Assembly: GCA_963827235.1 (NCBI GenBank)
Contig: CAWHAE010000016.1
Location: 768,001-832,000, forward strand
DNA: 64,000 bases
Source: an uncultured bacterium
GTDB lineage: Bacteria; Chloroflexota; UBA5177; JANWHV01
Reading direction: 5' to 3'
Position numbers and translations under genes: made by a program. Below are positions 48,604 through 57,843 of this stretch, in pieces. Position 1 is the first letter of the stretch, and each line of letters opens with the position of its first letter. The notes beneath the pieces were generated by a model, which searched no databases, had not been told where the DNA came from, and was given only the letters and a program-made list of their open reading frames with translations.

Positions 48604-49980
48604 CTAGGCAGGTTTGGCCAGAATCGAGGTCAAGTCCTTATCAAGCCCGGCCAGGGCGGCCTGCGGCGTGACGGACTGGGCAAGCATCTCGGTATACCAC
48701 TTGGTGATCGCGGTATCCATCTCGTTGTACTGCGGTGGCGCGCTCACCGGCGTGGCGGCGGGGCCGAGCAACGAGTCGAAGAATATCCTGTAGTGTGCGG
48801 GCGGGTTCATCCAGCTGGCATAGGCCAGGGACTTGCGGCAAGGGACATTGGTACCCTGCTTCATCCAGTCGGTCATCACTTCCCGCGTAGATAGGAACTT
48901 CGCCAACTCCCACGTCTCCTGCGGGTACTTGGTCGTCTTGATGATCGGGTAGCCGTCGATGCCGAATATCACCTTGCGCGGTCCCTTCCCCAGGATGGGG
49001 AAGTACTGGATGTCAGTCGGGCAGTTGGTCGGCGTGCAGAACTTGTTCATCTCGAACGTCTGCAAAGGCCAGCGGCCGGCAGGAACAAAGCCGACCTTCC
49101 CCGTGGAGAACAACGTGCCGAGCGCGATCGTCGCGTTGGGCTTGGGAGAATACTTGTACGTGTTGACCATGTCGTTGAAGAGTTTCCAGGCGGTCAGGTT
49201 TCCTGGAGCCAACGCGTTCGACTTCGTCCAATCCGGGCTGAGCAGATTCGTGCCGGCCGACAGGGACCAGCATTCCAGGCCGAACGTGCCGCTGGACCAC
49301 TGTTCCATGCCGTAGTATCCGAGCTTCTTGAGCTTGGCGCATGCGGTCATGAAGTCGTCCTCGGACCAGTCGTCCTTCGGCCGGGTAATACCGATTTGCT
49401 TCATAAGGTTCGTGTTGTACCAGAGGATCATGTTGTTGTAGGAGAACGGCAGAGCCAGTTGCTTGCCCTTGTAGGAGAGGGCCTTCCACATGGCAGGCAG
49501 CGTGTCGTTCTTTAGGTCCTCTACGTACGCGGTGTCCTTCTTCATGAAGTCGTCGATCGGCAGCGCGAGGTCCTTCGCCCCAAACAGAGCCATGCCTTCG
49601 ATGGCGATGCGCAGAATGTCGGGCGCGTTCCCTGCCGCCATGCGGCTCAGGATCACCTCGAACAGCGCGGTCCATCCGTTGTTGGGGATGACGATGAGGT
49701 TCACCTTGATATTGGGGTTCTGCGCCATGAACTTGTTCATGGTCGGCTGGAACTGTTGCGCCGCGTTGGGCGTACCCCAGGCAGCGAAAGTGATGGTTGC
49801 CTGTGCCCGACCGGTGATGTTGAAATGCGCCTTGTTCGTGGCGGCCGAAACGCGGTCCGCGCCGGCTGCCAACGCGCTGCCGCCAAGGATGGTGGCGGCA
49901 ACGGTGGCGCCACCCTTCAAGAATCGTTCGCGGGAGACACCTGAGTCCGGGCGAGACTGCTGCTGATCGGTGGCTGACAT
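48604..49980 (-). CDS. Sugar ABC transporter substrate-binding protein
   Basis: AGGAGG SD; Tat-like signal SRERFLK; F..NP.IKV, AGNAPDI, ALP..LWYN, F..GKV. Confidence 0.9.
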   Translation of the reverse strand: MSATDQQQSRPDSGVSRERFLKGGATVAATILGGSALAAGADRVSAATNKAHFNITGRAQATITFAAWGTPNAAQQFQPTMNKFMAQNPNIKVNLIVIPNNGWTALFEVILSRMAAGNAPDILRIAIEGMALFGAKDLALPIDDFMKKDTAYVEDLKNDTLPAMWKALSYKGKQLALPFSYNNMILWYNTNLMKQIGITRPKDDWSEDDFMTACAKLKKLGYYGMEQWSSGTFGLECWSLSAGTNLLSPDWTKSNALAPGNLTAWKLFNDMVNTYKYSPKPNATIALGTLFSTGKVGFVPAGRWPLQTFEMNKFCTPTNCPTDIQYFPILGKGPRKVIFGIDGYPIIKTTKYPQETWELAKFLSTREVMTDWMKQGTNVPCRKSLAYASWMNPPAHYRIFFDSLLGPAATPVSAPPQYNEMDTAITKWYTEMLAQSVTPQAALAGLDKDLTSILAKPA

Positions 49981-50175
49981 TGTCACGTCGTCCCTCCTTG
50001 CATCTTCCTTGTCTCGAGGTATGATGGCGGTTCCGGTCTGCGACCGGACTCCCAGCCGATAGGTCACTGCGCGGCACTCCTATGTGGGCCTGCCAGTAGC
50101 CCTGTGCGTACCCGTACGCGTCACTGCCCGCCTCCAGCAACCCTCCTTTCTGCGCCGTTCAACGGGGGCAATCAA

Positions 50176-51216
50176 TCAGCGGAGCTCATCGACGGAAGCC
50201 GCCGGCAGGCCGGCACCCGATGACTCGCGAACGACGAGCTCCGTATAGAGGACCGTCTTGCATGAGCTGCTGCGGTCGTCCTCCATTCGTGCGATCAACT
50301 GCTGCACGGCTACGGCACCGATCGCTTGCATGGGCAACCGCACCGTGGTCAGCGGCGGTACCAGATGGGCGCTCTCGGCAATGTCGTCAAAGCCCACCAG
50401 CGCCATGTCCTCAGGCACGCGCAGACCGGCGTTTCGCAACGCCTCGAGCGCGCCCATCGCAGTCTTGTCGCTGATGGCGAAGATCGCGGTCGGGCGCTGT
50501 GACGGCGGCAACTCCAGCAGATCCGTGGCCTCGCGATAGCCCTTGCGCGGGCTGCCCGGATGCGGCCTGACCATCAAAGCCGGATCGAGCGCCATTCCTG
50601 CCTGCTCGAGCGCTCGCACGTATCCCTGCCGGCGCTCGACCAGTGTCTTGTATTTCCGCGGACCTTCGAGAATGGCTATTCGCCGGTGACCCAGTTCGAC
50701 CAGATGCCGCGTCGCCAGGTAAGCACCGGTCTCGTTGTCGCCCAGCACGCATGCTACCGCGAGATCGTCGACAAAGTTGTCTGCAAGCACGAGCGGCAAG
50801 CCGGACGCCGCCAGGCGGCGAATGTAATCGTCACGGATGTCGCCGCCGCCCAGGACTACGACTCCTCCCACGCGCCGCTCGCTCACCATGGGCGGGAGCT
50901 CCTCGGAGCCCGAGTCTATGGAGGCCAGCACGACATGGTAGCCGTGGCTCCCAGCCTCACTTTCGACACCGTGAACCATCAAACCGACCGCAGGATCCGC
51001 ATAGGCAGGAACCGGAAGACGCTCGATAAGCAGGCCGATCGAGGACGACGTCTCGGTGCGGTCGCGCCGCTGGTACCCCACCTGCTGTGCCGCGGCCAGC
51101 ACCCGGCGTCTGGTGTCGGCACTGACGCCCTTGCGGTTGTTAAGCACCATGGAGACAGTCGCCATCGAGACGCCGGCTTCCTCGGCAACGCCGCGCAATG
51201 TTGGGCGAAGACGCAC
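50176..51216 (-). CDS. LacI family transcriptional regulator
   Basis: TLRGVAEEAGVSMATVSMVLN, HLVELGHRRIA, PTAIFA.SD, VGFDDI, PPLTTV, LVVRES. GTG 51216 preferred because ATG 51252 lies in the -10 box. Confidence 0.93.
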   Translation of the reverse strand: MRLRPTLRGVAEEAGVSMATVSMVLNNRKGVSADTRRRVLAAAQQVGYQRRDRTETSSSIGLLIERLPVPAYADPAVGLMVHGVESEAGSHGYHVVLASIDSGSEELPPMVSERRVGGVVVLGGGDIRDDYIRRLAASGLPLVLADNFVDDLAVACVLGDNETGAYLATRHLVELGHRRIAILEGPRKYKTLVERRQGYVRALEQAGMALDPALMVRPHPGSPRKGYREATDLLELPPSQRPTAIFAISDKTAMGALEALRNAGLRVPEDMALVGFDDIAESAHLVPPLTTVRLPMQAIGAVAVQQLIARMEDDRSSSCKTVLYTELVVRESSGAGLPAASVDELR

Positions 51217-51250
51217 CTGCTGGTCCCCCTCATCTGAAGAGTTCGCAGCC

Positions 51251-51279
51251 ATAGTATATGAAGTTAATAGAGATGTCAA
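51251..51279 (-). promoter_or_regulatory. Sigma70 promoter of the lacI-family gene
   Basis: TTGACA-N17-TACTAT on the minus strand. Confidence 0.75.
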
Positions 51280-51902
51280 CAGAAATGCGAGATCGATTCT
51301 ACGAACTTTCAGAAGGAGGTCGAGCGTCACGGACGCTGACCTGTGCATCCGCGGCACGTCAGAGCCACCAGCTGGTCCGGCAAAGCAGCTCGCTCTGGCG
51401 ACTCGCGGTGTCGCCGTTATAGCTCGTTCCAGTCCAACAAACAAACCTTTTTCCGCGTTAAACGCTCGAAAAGGTGCCTAATTCCTGCAAGAGGCTCTGC
51501 CAGGTTTGCGGCGTTCCCTGCGGTCACCGGCGCAGAAGACTACCGAGCTCAGCGTTGTTCAATTCCTTCAATACATGGCACTCCTGCCTGTGGCGCCGAT
51601 GATCTGCCTCGTTGCCCGCCGGCCACGCCCGGCGTCACTTGCCTCTACCGGCAGGTCACCCTGCTTCAATACGTGCCAATCCTTACCACCGATGGTCGAG
51701 GCAGGCCTCCGCGCATAAGCGCTCGAGCGCGAATTCGGTCGCCTCGGGTACGCGTCTCCGATCAGCGGTGACACCTTGCCGCGCCGCGGGACGGTCGCGC
51801 GGGGCACTCCATGCACTTCACAACTTCTTCATGGGCGCTCGCCAGAATAGATCCCGGGCCCACACAGGATTGCATGCAGGTCACACGACGAGAAGGGAAT
51901 CC

Positions 51903-52181
51903 ATGCTCATGTTTGCACATCGGATCATTGCCCCGCTCCTGTTCAGCGCGATGCTGACGTTTGTGCCGGCGGCCGGCGTGCTTGCGGCATCGAGCTCGAG
52001 TAAATCGCCGCGCATTTTCGACCGCTTCTATCGTGCTGATCCCTCGCGCACGCGTGGCACCGGTGGTCACGGGAGTGGCCTGAGCGTAGCCGAGAGCATG
52101 GTAGAGGCCCACGGCGGTGCGATTGTAATGAGGAGCATTGTGAGTCAAGGAACGGAGTTTCGCATCGCGTTGCCCGCGTAA
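51903..52181 (+). pseudogene. Chimeric remnant: signal peptide fused to the C-terminal part of a histidine-kinase ATPase domain
   Basis: MLMFAHRIIAPLLFSAMLTFVPAAGVLA followed directly by RIFDRFYRADPSR..G.GSGLSV..VEAHGG.I..S..GTEFRI.LP (F and G2 boxes only). Confidence 0.7.
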
Positions 52182-52637
52182 GTGTCGCGAGCGCACGTCC
52201 GGGCGCACGCTAAAGCGCCTTGGCGATTTGACCGCTCAGGAAGTAGCTAACGAGAGTCGTCCCCCGCCTCGAGCCTGCGCGGCTGCAAGCAGCACACGGC
52301 GCTGCGTACGCGCCCCGCGACTCCAGCAAGCCAATTCGCTAGTTGCCCGCACGCCGCAGCCAACCAGCTACAGGTGAGGTGTATGCTGAACGAGCGCGTG
52401 CCCGGTCGCCCGTGTTGAAGTTAGTAATCGGGCACAGCCAATCACGCGTCTGCCCGCGCGCTATTTTGCAGCGCTCGGCCGGCGGATTAGGTCGATGCTG
52501 CTTCCACATTTGTGGCATTCGTGCAGTTCGTCTTATAAATGGACTGCCTCGCCCTCCCCCACTAGACTTCCTCCCCCAAAAGTACTAGACTATAGGAAAT
52601 TGCTGTGTCCGCCGTTCTCAGAGAGGTCGCACTCCCT

Positions 52638-53378
52638 ATGTCACTCGTCCTGGATGCCCCGAAGGCCCCGACCTTCCGCTCGCTGCAAATGGCCCAGGAG
52701 TATCTCACTTCCATGCACTCGATCCTCGACGCCATCCCCCTCGATGCCGTCTCCCGACTCGCTCGCCTCATCTTCGCCGTCACCGAGCGCGGCCGTGCCG
52801 TCTACGTCTTCGGCAACGGCGGCAGTGCCGCCACCGCCAACCACATGGCCTGCGACCTGAGCAAGAATACCCGCGTGCCCGGTGCCCCGGCCATCCGCTG
52901 CCTCTCCCTCGTCGCCATGCCCGCCACCATGACCGCGCTGGGCAACGACGTCGCCTACGCCAGCATCTTCTCCGAGACCCTCCGCATCTACGGCCAGCCC
53001 GGCGACCTCGCCCTCGGCATCAGCACCAGCGGCAACTCCGCCAACGTGCTCGAGGCCTTCACCCTCGCCCACTCCCTGGGCCTGCACACCGCCGCCCTCT
53101 TGGGCTGTCAGGGTGGCAACGCCCTCGCCCTGGTCGACCTGCCCGTCGTCGTTCAGGACCGCTCGGTGCCCCACCTCGAGGACGCCCACAACGTGATCAG
53201 CCACATGCTCACCAACTGCCTGCGCGGCATGCTCGCCACCTACGTGACCAGCACCGCCAAGGACCTGCCCGCTCCCTTCGCCAAGGCCGACGCTCACGCC
53301 GGCAAGACCCCCGACGATGCCGGCGCTCCCTCCGACCTTCCCGTCGAGCGCCGGCAGCCTGTTGGTTCTACTTCATAG
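52638..53378 (+). CDS. SIS-domain phosphoheptose isomerase (GmhA-like)
   Basis: VFGNGGSAATANHMACDL, TALGND..Y..IF, PGD..GISTSGNSANV, EDAH..ISH. Confidence 0.88.
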   Translation: MSLVLDAPKAPTFRSLQMAQEYLTSMHSILDAIPLDAVSRLARLIFAVTERGRAVYVFGNGGSAATANHMACDLSKNTRVPGAPAIRCLSLVAMPATMTALGNDVAYASIFSETLRIYGQPGDLALGISTSGNSANVLEAFTLAHSLGLHTAALLGCQGGNALALVDLPVVVQDRSVPHLEDAHNVISHMLTNCLRGMLATYVTSTAKDLPAPFAKADAHAGKTPDDAGAPSDLPVERRQPVGSTS

Positions 53379-54038
53379 GGAGGTAACCTGCTTTCGCGAG
53401 CGCGACAGGGCAAATCGCGGCGCGTCCCGCAGAGTGAGCGTGCTGAAGCTGGGGCCGGCTATCACCGGAGCGGTTGCGCGCCAGAACAGCCGTGTGCGCA
53501 CTCCGGAGCGCTGCTCTCCTTGGCGTGGGTCGGTACAACGCGGGCAAACCTACCGCACCCAGCCGGCCGGACCGTCGCCAGCTCAGTCGGCGTGGCGACG
53601 TAGAAACCGGCGATCTGGCCGGCGCTGTTGAATGCGGCGATCGTGGTCGGGCTCGCACCCGGTACGACGATCGATGGCCGGTCATCGAATTCTCCTCTGC
53701 CGGAACCGCGGTGCCCGATAGGGCGGCGCGCGCCGGCCGCGCCGGCCGGCCAGTGCTGAGCGGGAGCCAACGGCAGCACGCGCACTTGCCGCCAGCCTCC
53801 CAGGTCGCCAGCCGGCGCGGTCCGCTGCGTCTCGGCGTCCGCATCGACAGGATTCCTGGCCGCGATCCATACCAGGCGTATCGCGTCGAATGGCACCGGA
53901 CTGGTCGGTCTCGGGCTGTGCCGTCGACGTATTGCGCCCGCGCGAAGTGTACTAATACTGAACACGAGTTTACCGGCAGTATCATGGATTCCACGACATA
54001 GAGAGGTATAGGCATAGGAATGGAACGAGGTCGAGCCG

Positions 54039-54278
54039 ATGGTATCCGAGCACGACGTGCGCAGTCGACTGGCGAAGACTGAGGAGCAGCTCCAATTCCT
54101 GATCTCCCACATCGGGCCGCTTCAGGATCTGGTTGGCAGTGGCGCCAATGGCTGGCTGCAAGCACTGCAGAACCTGGCCGATTGCTACAAGTAGCAACGC
54201 GACCTCGAGATTCGGCGCGCCACCTTGATCTGGGTGCTGGCTCGTGATCAGGAGCCGGCGCTTGAGCTCGCCAACTGA
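54039..54278 (+). pseudogene. Small helical hypothetical ORF with internal TAG at 54192
   Basis: GAGG SD; MVSEHDVRSRLAKTEEQLQFLISHI..CYK*QRDLEIRRATLIWVL..; protein-like on both sides of the stop. Confidence 0.35.
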
Positions 54279-54343
54279 GTCGTTCCGAGCGCGTCTCCAG
54301 TCATGCCACGGTCGGCAACTGCGGCTCCATGCGATCTACAGAC

Positions 54344-54428
54344 CGCTAAGCCTGGATCCGGTTCAACATGATCTGAGTCAACGCTGAGCCTGGATCCGGT
54401 TCAACATGATCTGAGTCAACGCTGAGCC
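54344..54428. repeat. 38-bp tandem repeat, about 2.2 copies
   Basis: CGCT(A/G)AGCCTGGATCCGGTTCAACATGATCTGAGTCAA at 54344 and 54382, partial at 54420. Confidence 0.95.
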
Positions 54429-54554
54429 CAAGAAGCAGCTGGCACCGGAATTCACTTGGTTGCTTTCGGGTGCGCCCACCACCGTGGTCGCAACGCCGTC
54501 CTCGGCCTGTTATCGTGAGCTTGTGCGCCGTCGAGACAAATGGAAAGGGCTGAC

Positions 54555-54746
54555 ATGAACAAGGATTGGCATCGCGAGCATCCCATGCCGGTGAAACCGA
54601 CGCTCGAGCAACGCATAGAGTGGCATCGGCAGCACAGTCGGCATTGTGCCTGCCGAGAGGTGCCCAAGGATCTGCGCCGCTATGTGGAGGAGCGCGACAG
54701 AGATCAGGCGCGAGCTCTTCCGGCCGACGTCACGTCCGAACGCTAG
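54555..54746 (+). CDS. Small His/Cys-rich hypothetical protein
   Basis: AAGGG SD; MNKDWH..HPMP..PTLEQRIEWH..H..HCACR.VP. Confidence 0.7.
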   Translation: MNKDWHREHPMPVKPTLEQRIEWHRQHSRHCACREVPKDLRRYVEERDRDQARALPADVTSER

Positions 54747-54915
54747 CGCGTGAAGTGGGTGTGGCGTTGCACTCGACCGAGCAGTCGGTGCGCGGCGCGC
54801 ACATGTCTGCAGGCCAGAGCCCGCATCGGACCCAGCTTGCGAGCTCTATTTCGACCTGAGTACAGTGCCCGTCACCGCCGTTGCGCTATTGTGGCAGTGC
54901 CACCCGCGAAGGAAA

Positions 54916-55455
54916 TCAGGCGACCCACTTGATGGTGCAGCCGACGGGCTCGGTCTCGATGCTGGCTACAACGCCGCTCCCCAGTATCGCATCGAGCGCC
55001 TCCCGGATGAAGGCATGTGTGACCGCGGGCTCGTCCTCGTAGTTGTCGTCCGGAGCGCCGTGATAGCGCAGGGTACCGCTGCTGTCGAATACGAATACCT
55101 CAGGCGTGCGCTCCGCCCCATAGGCACGCGCTACCTCTTGCGTCTGGTCGCGGAGATAGGGATAGACCAGCCCGTTCTGCTTCACCCGCTCTGCCATTGC
55201 CTCGACGCTGTCGCCGGGCGCTTTCTTGACGTCGTTCGAGTTGATTGCCACGAGCTTGACGCCGCGCGCGGCGTAATCCCGCGCCACCGCATTGATGCGG
55301 CCCTCCCAGGCCTGGGCGTACGGGCAATGGTTGCACGTGAACACGACCACCAGGGCGGTACCCTCGCCTTGCAGCTGGCGGGCATTGTACTCCCGGCCGT
55401 CGGTCGACGGCAGCGTGAAGTCGATCAGACGATCCCCATGCTTGATGTTGGCCAT
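54916..55455 (-). CDS. Thioredoxin-fold AhpC/TSA-like protein
   Basis: DFTLP..DG, VFTCNHCPY, AINSND, YL.D.TQEVARAYGA.RTPE.F, Y.G..DD, VGCTIKW. Confidence 0.9.
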   Translation of the reverse strand: MANIKHGDRLIDFTLPSTDGREYNARQLQGEGTALVVVFTCNHCPYAQAWEGRINAVARDYAARGVKLVAINSNDVKKAPGDSVEAMAERVKQNGLVYPYLRDQTQEVARAYGAERTPEVFVFDSSGTLRYHGAPDDNYEDEPAVTHAFIREALDAILGSGVVASIETEPVGCTIKWVA

Positions 55456-55814
55456 CAGTCATTCCTTTCTTGACGATCGGGCGAGCTTCCGACCGGTCCG
55501 TGCAGCGCCGCGGCAATCAGCTCGCGCGGAGGTAGCGGGCTGATGCGGCCCTCCGGCGTGCTATAGGCCCGGCAGCCCAGGGCCGCCTGCGGAATGCCGT
55601 CGGGCAGCGGGTCTATGTCCACTCCGTCCACGCGGATGGTAGGCGAGCCGAAGAAGCCGTAGCGCTGCGCATCCGCATCCGACTCCACCAGGATCACCTC
55701 GATGGGCGCATCAATGCCTTCGTGCGCGACCACCTCGCGGAGCCGCTCCAGCGCAGTGTCGTGGCTGGGGCAATCCTCGCAGTAGAAGAACTCAATCCTG
55801 GGCACTGATTCCAC
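55455..55814 (-). CDS. Small thioredoxin-like protein (DUF2703/MerB-associated type)
   Basis: IEFFYCEDCPSH, F.GSPTIRVDG.D, LGCRAY..G..SP.P. Confidence 0.8.
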   Translation of the reverse strand: MESVPRIEFFYCEDCPSHDTALERLREVVAHEGIDAPIEVILVESDADAQRYGFFGSPTIRVDGVDIDPLPDGIPQAALGCRAYSTPEGRISPLPPRELIAAALHGPVGSSPDRQERND

Positions 55815-56040
55815 CCTTCGGGTCTACGTCTGCATTGACCGCGCCGAGATCGCCGCATCGCGTAGCATAGCAGCCGGGAGGCTGAGCAGCGATCCGGCCT
55901 CTGCGAGGTACTATAGCACTCCAATGAACTTCGAAGACTCGACCAAGCCCGGCCGTGGCGTTCCGCGGCACGCTCAATCAACGACTCCGATACGACACGG
56001 GAAGACGATGCACGAGGCGGCGGACCAGCACCTCCTCCTT

Positions 56041-56222
56041 CCCGCCGTCCCGGTACCGGCAGGGGACATGACTGTAGAGCGAACGCCGGAGCTGCTCGAC
56101 TTTTACGGCTCCAGTGCTATCTTGCTGATCGGCGGCGCTCTGCTCGCCGCGGGCGACAGGCTGACCGATGCCACCGCCGCCTTCACAACCGCGGTCCGCA
56201 GCCACCACTACCTGGAAACGCT

Positions 56223-56226
<4 letters not shown>
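56041..56226 (+). pseudogene. C-terminal fragment of a form IV RuBisCO-like protein
   Basis: PVPAGDMTVERTPELLDFYG...LLIGGALL..G.RL..A.AAF resembles the RLP PAGGM..ER..E..FYG.D..LLIGG.L C-terminus. Confidence 0.65.
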
Positions 56227-56520
<294 letters not shown>

Positions 56521-56537
56521 TGATGGAAAGGCACACG

Positions 56538-57065
56538 ATGAGCTTCGACCTGCGCGCACGCCAGAAGCCGCTCAAGGATCGCTACCGAGACGACGCCGCC
56601 AGCGCTCGCCTGGTGCACAGCGTCCATAGCGAGCCGCTGCTCGACGATCCCACGCGAGTCCGCATTACCAGCGGCACCGCTACCTGGGAGTTTGCCGCCC
56701 ACGCTATGGCCGGTGGCCCCGATGGCGAGCCGTGCTCCGGCGACGTGCTGCTGGCGGCGCTGGCCGGCTGTCAGGAGGTGACCATCAAGATGGTTGCCGC
56801 CTCGATGGGGATTGTGCTCGACGATCTGCGGGTCACCGTGACCGGAGAGATGGACTTCCGCGGTACCATGGGCATCGACCGCGCGGTGCCGGTAGGTTAC
56901 AGCCGGATCCGTTGCGCAATAGCGCTGCGTGCACAGGGTGACCCTGAGAGGCTTCGGCGCCTGGTGGAGAGGGCGGAGCAGTACTGCGTGGTGCGCGACA
57001 CCCTGGCACGCGGTACCCAGGTGACGAGCGAGATCCGCGTCAACGGCGGAGGCGACGATCGCTGA
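56538..57065 (+). CDS. OsmC family protein
   Basis: LRARQ.PLK.RYRD, H...GG....CSGD.LL.AL.GC, G.MDFRGT.G, VPVG..IR, AEQYCVV..TL. Confidence 0.88.
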   Translation: MSFDLRARQKPLKDRYRDDAASARLVHSVHSEPLLDDPTRVRITSGTATWEFAAHAMAGGPDGEPCSGDVLLAALAGCQEVTIKMVAASMGIVLDDLRVTVTGEMDFRGTMGIDRAVPVGYSRIRCAIALRAQGDPERLRRLVERAEQYCVVRDTLARGTQVTSEIRVNGGGDDR

Positions 57066-57095
57066 GCGAGTATGGCAGACTCTCGCCGGCTCGCG

Positions 57096-57704
57096 TCAAT
57101 ATCCGACGGTAAAGCGCTGCCGCCGATGCCTGGGCGATTCCAGCTCGTCTGCAAGGGCGATCACGAAGTCCTCGGCGGAGATCCAGCTCTTGCCGTCGGC
57201 GCCAGTCAGAAGCTGATCCTTCCCCAGCCGGAACGTGCCGGTCTTCAGGCCCGGCGCAAGGAAGGCGGACGGCGAGAGATAGGTCCAGTCCAGGTCCTGG
57301 TCCGCGCGCAAGACCTCGAGGAACTCGCGGCCGGCCAGGGCCTCGGGCTTGTATTCAGCCGGGAACTCCGGCGTGTCCACGAGTGCCAGGCCGGGCGCCA
57401 CTTCCAAGCTTCCCGCGCCGCCAACCACCAGCAACCGCGCGCCGGCCTGCTTGGCGGCGGCAATAACCGCCCGGCTATCCGTGCCGGCAAAGCGTACGCT
57501 GTGCACCACGGCATCATGGCCGGCGAGCAGCCGGGCAAGCGCCAACTCATCGTGGACGTCGCCCTGGACCGCCCTGACGCCCGATCGCTCCGCCTCGTTC
57601 TCGGGATGCCTGCTGATAGACGTGACTTCGTGACCCCGGCCCGCCAGCTCGCCGGCCAGCCGAGACCCGACCATCCCCGTTCCACCGAGAATCGCCACCT
57701 TCAT
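57096..57704 (-). CDS. NAD(P)-dependent oxidoreductase (YwnB/flavin reductase-like)
   Basis: MKVAILGGTGMVG, LLVVGGAGSL, WTYLSP, IS.EDF..A..DELE..H.R.RFTV. Confidence 0.9.
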   Translation of the reverse strand: MKVAILGGTGMVGSRLAGELAGRGHEVTSISRHPENEAERSGVRAVQGDVHDELALARLLAGHDAVVHSVRFAGTDSRAVIAAAKQAGARLLVVGGAGSLEVAPGLALVDTPEFPAEYKPEALAGREFLEVLRADQDLDWTYLSPSAFLAPGLKTGTFRLGKDQLLTGADGKSWISAEDFVIALADELESPRHRRQRFTVGY

Positions 57705-57843
57705 GTCATTGCCCTCCATTACGTTGATGTACAGCAAGTGTTGCCAGGGCGGATACCATCGTGCGCCCGGCTAGTTCAGGTCTCTCGCCGAGCGACCATC
57801 TCGCCGGCAAATTCGCCTGTTCCCCGCGATCCCGCGTGCCGCG

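Noticed and set aside
50156-51465. CGTTNAACG palindromes at ~50156 and ~51457 as LacI operators
   Set aside because: Too short and not matching the usual LacI-family operator layout; could be chance.
53400-53480. AGGGCAAATC resembling the start of a c-di-GMP-I riboswitch
   Set aside because: No GNRA-capped P2, GACGCAAAG segment or P3 follows, and no downstream gene.
54344-54428. 38-bp repeats as a CRISPR array
   Set aside because: No spacers, only two units, no cas genes.
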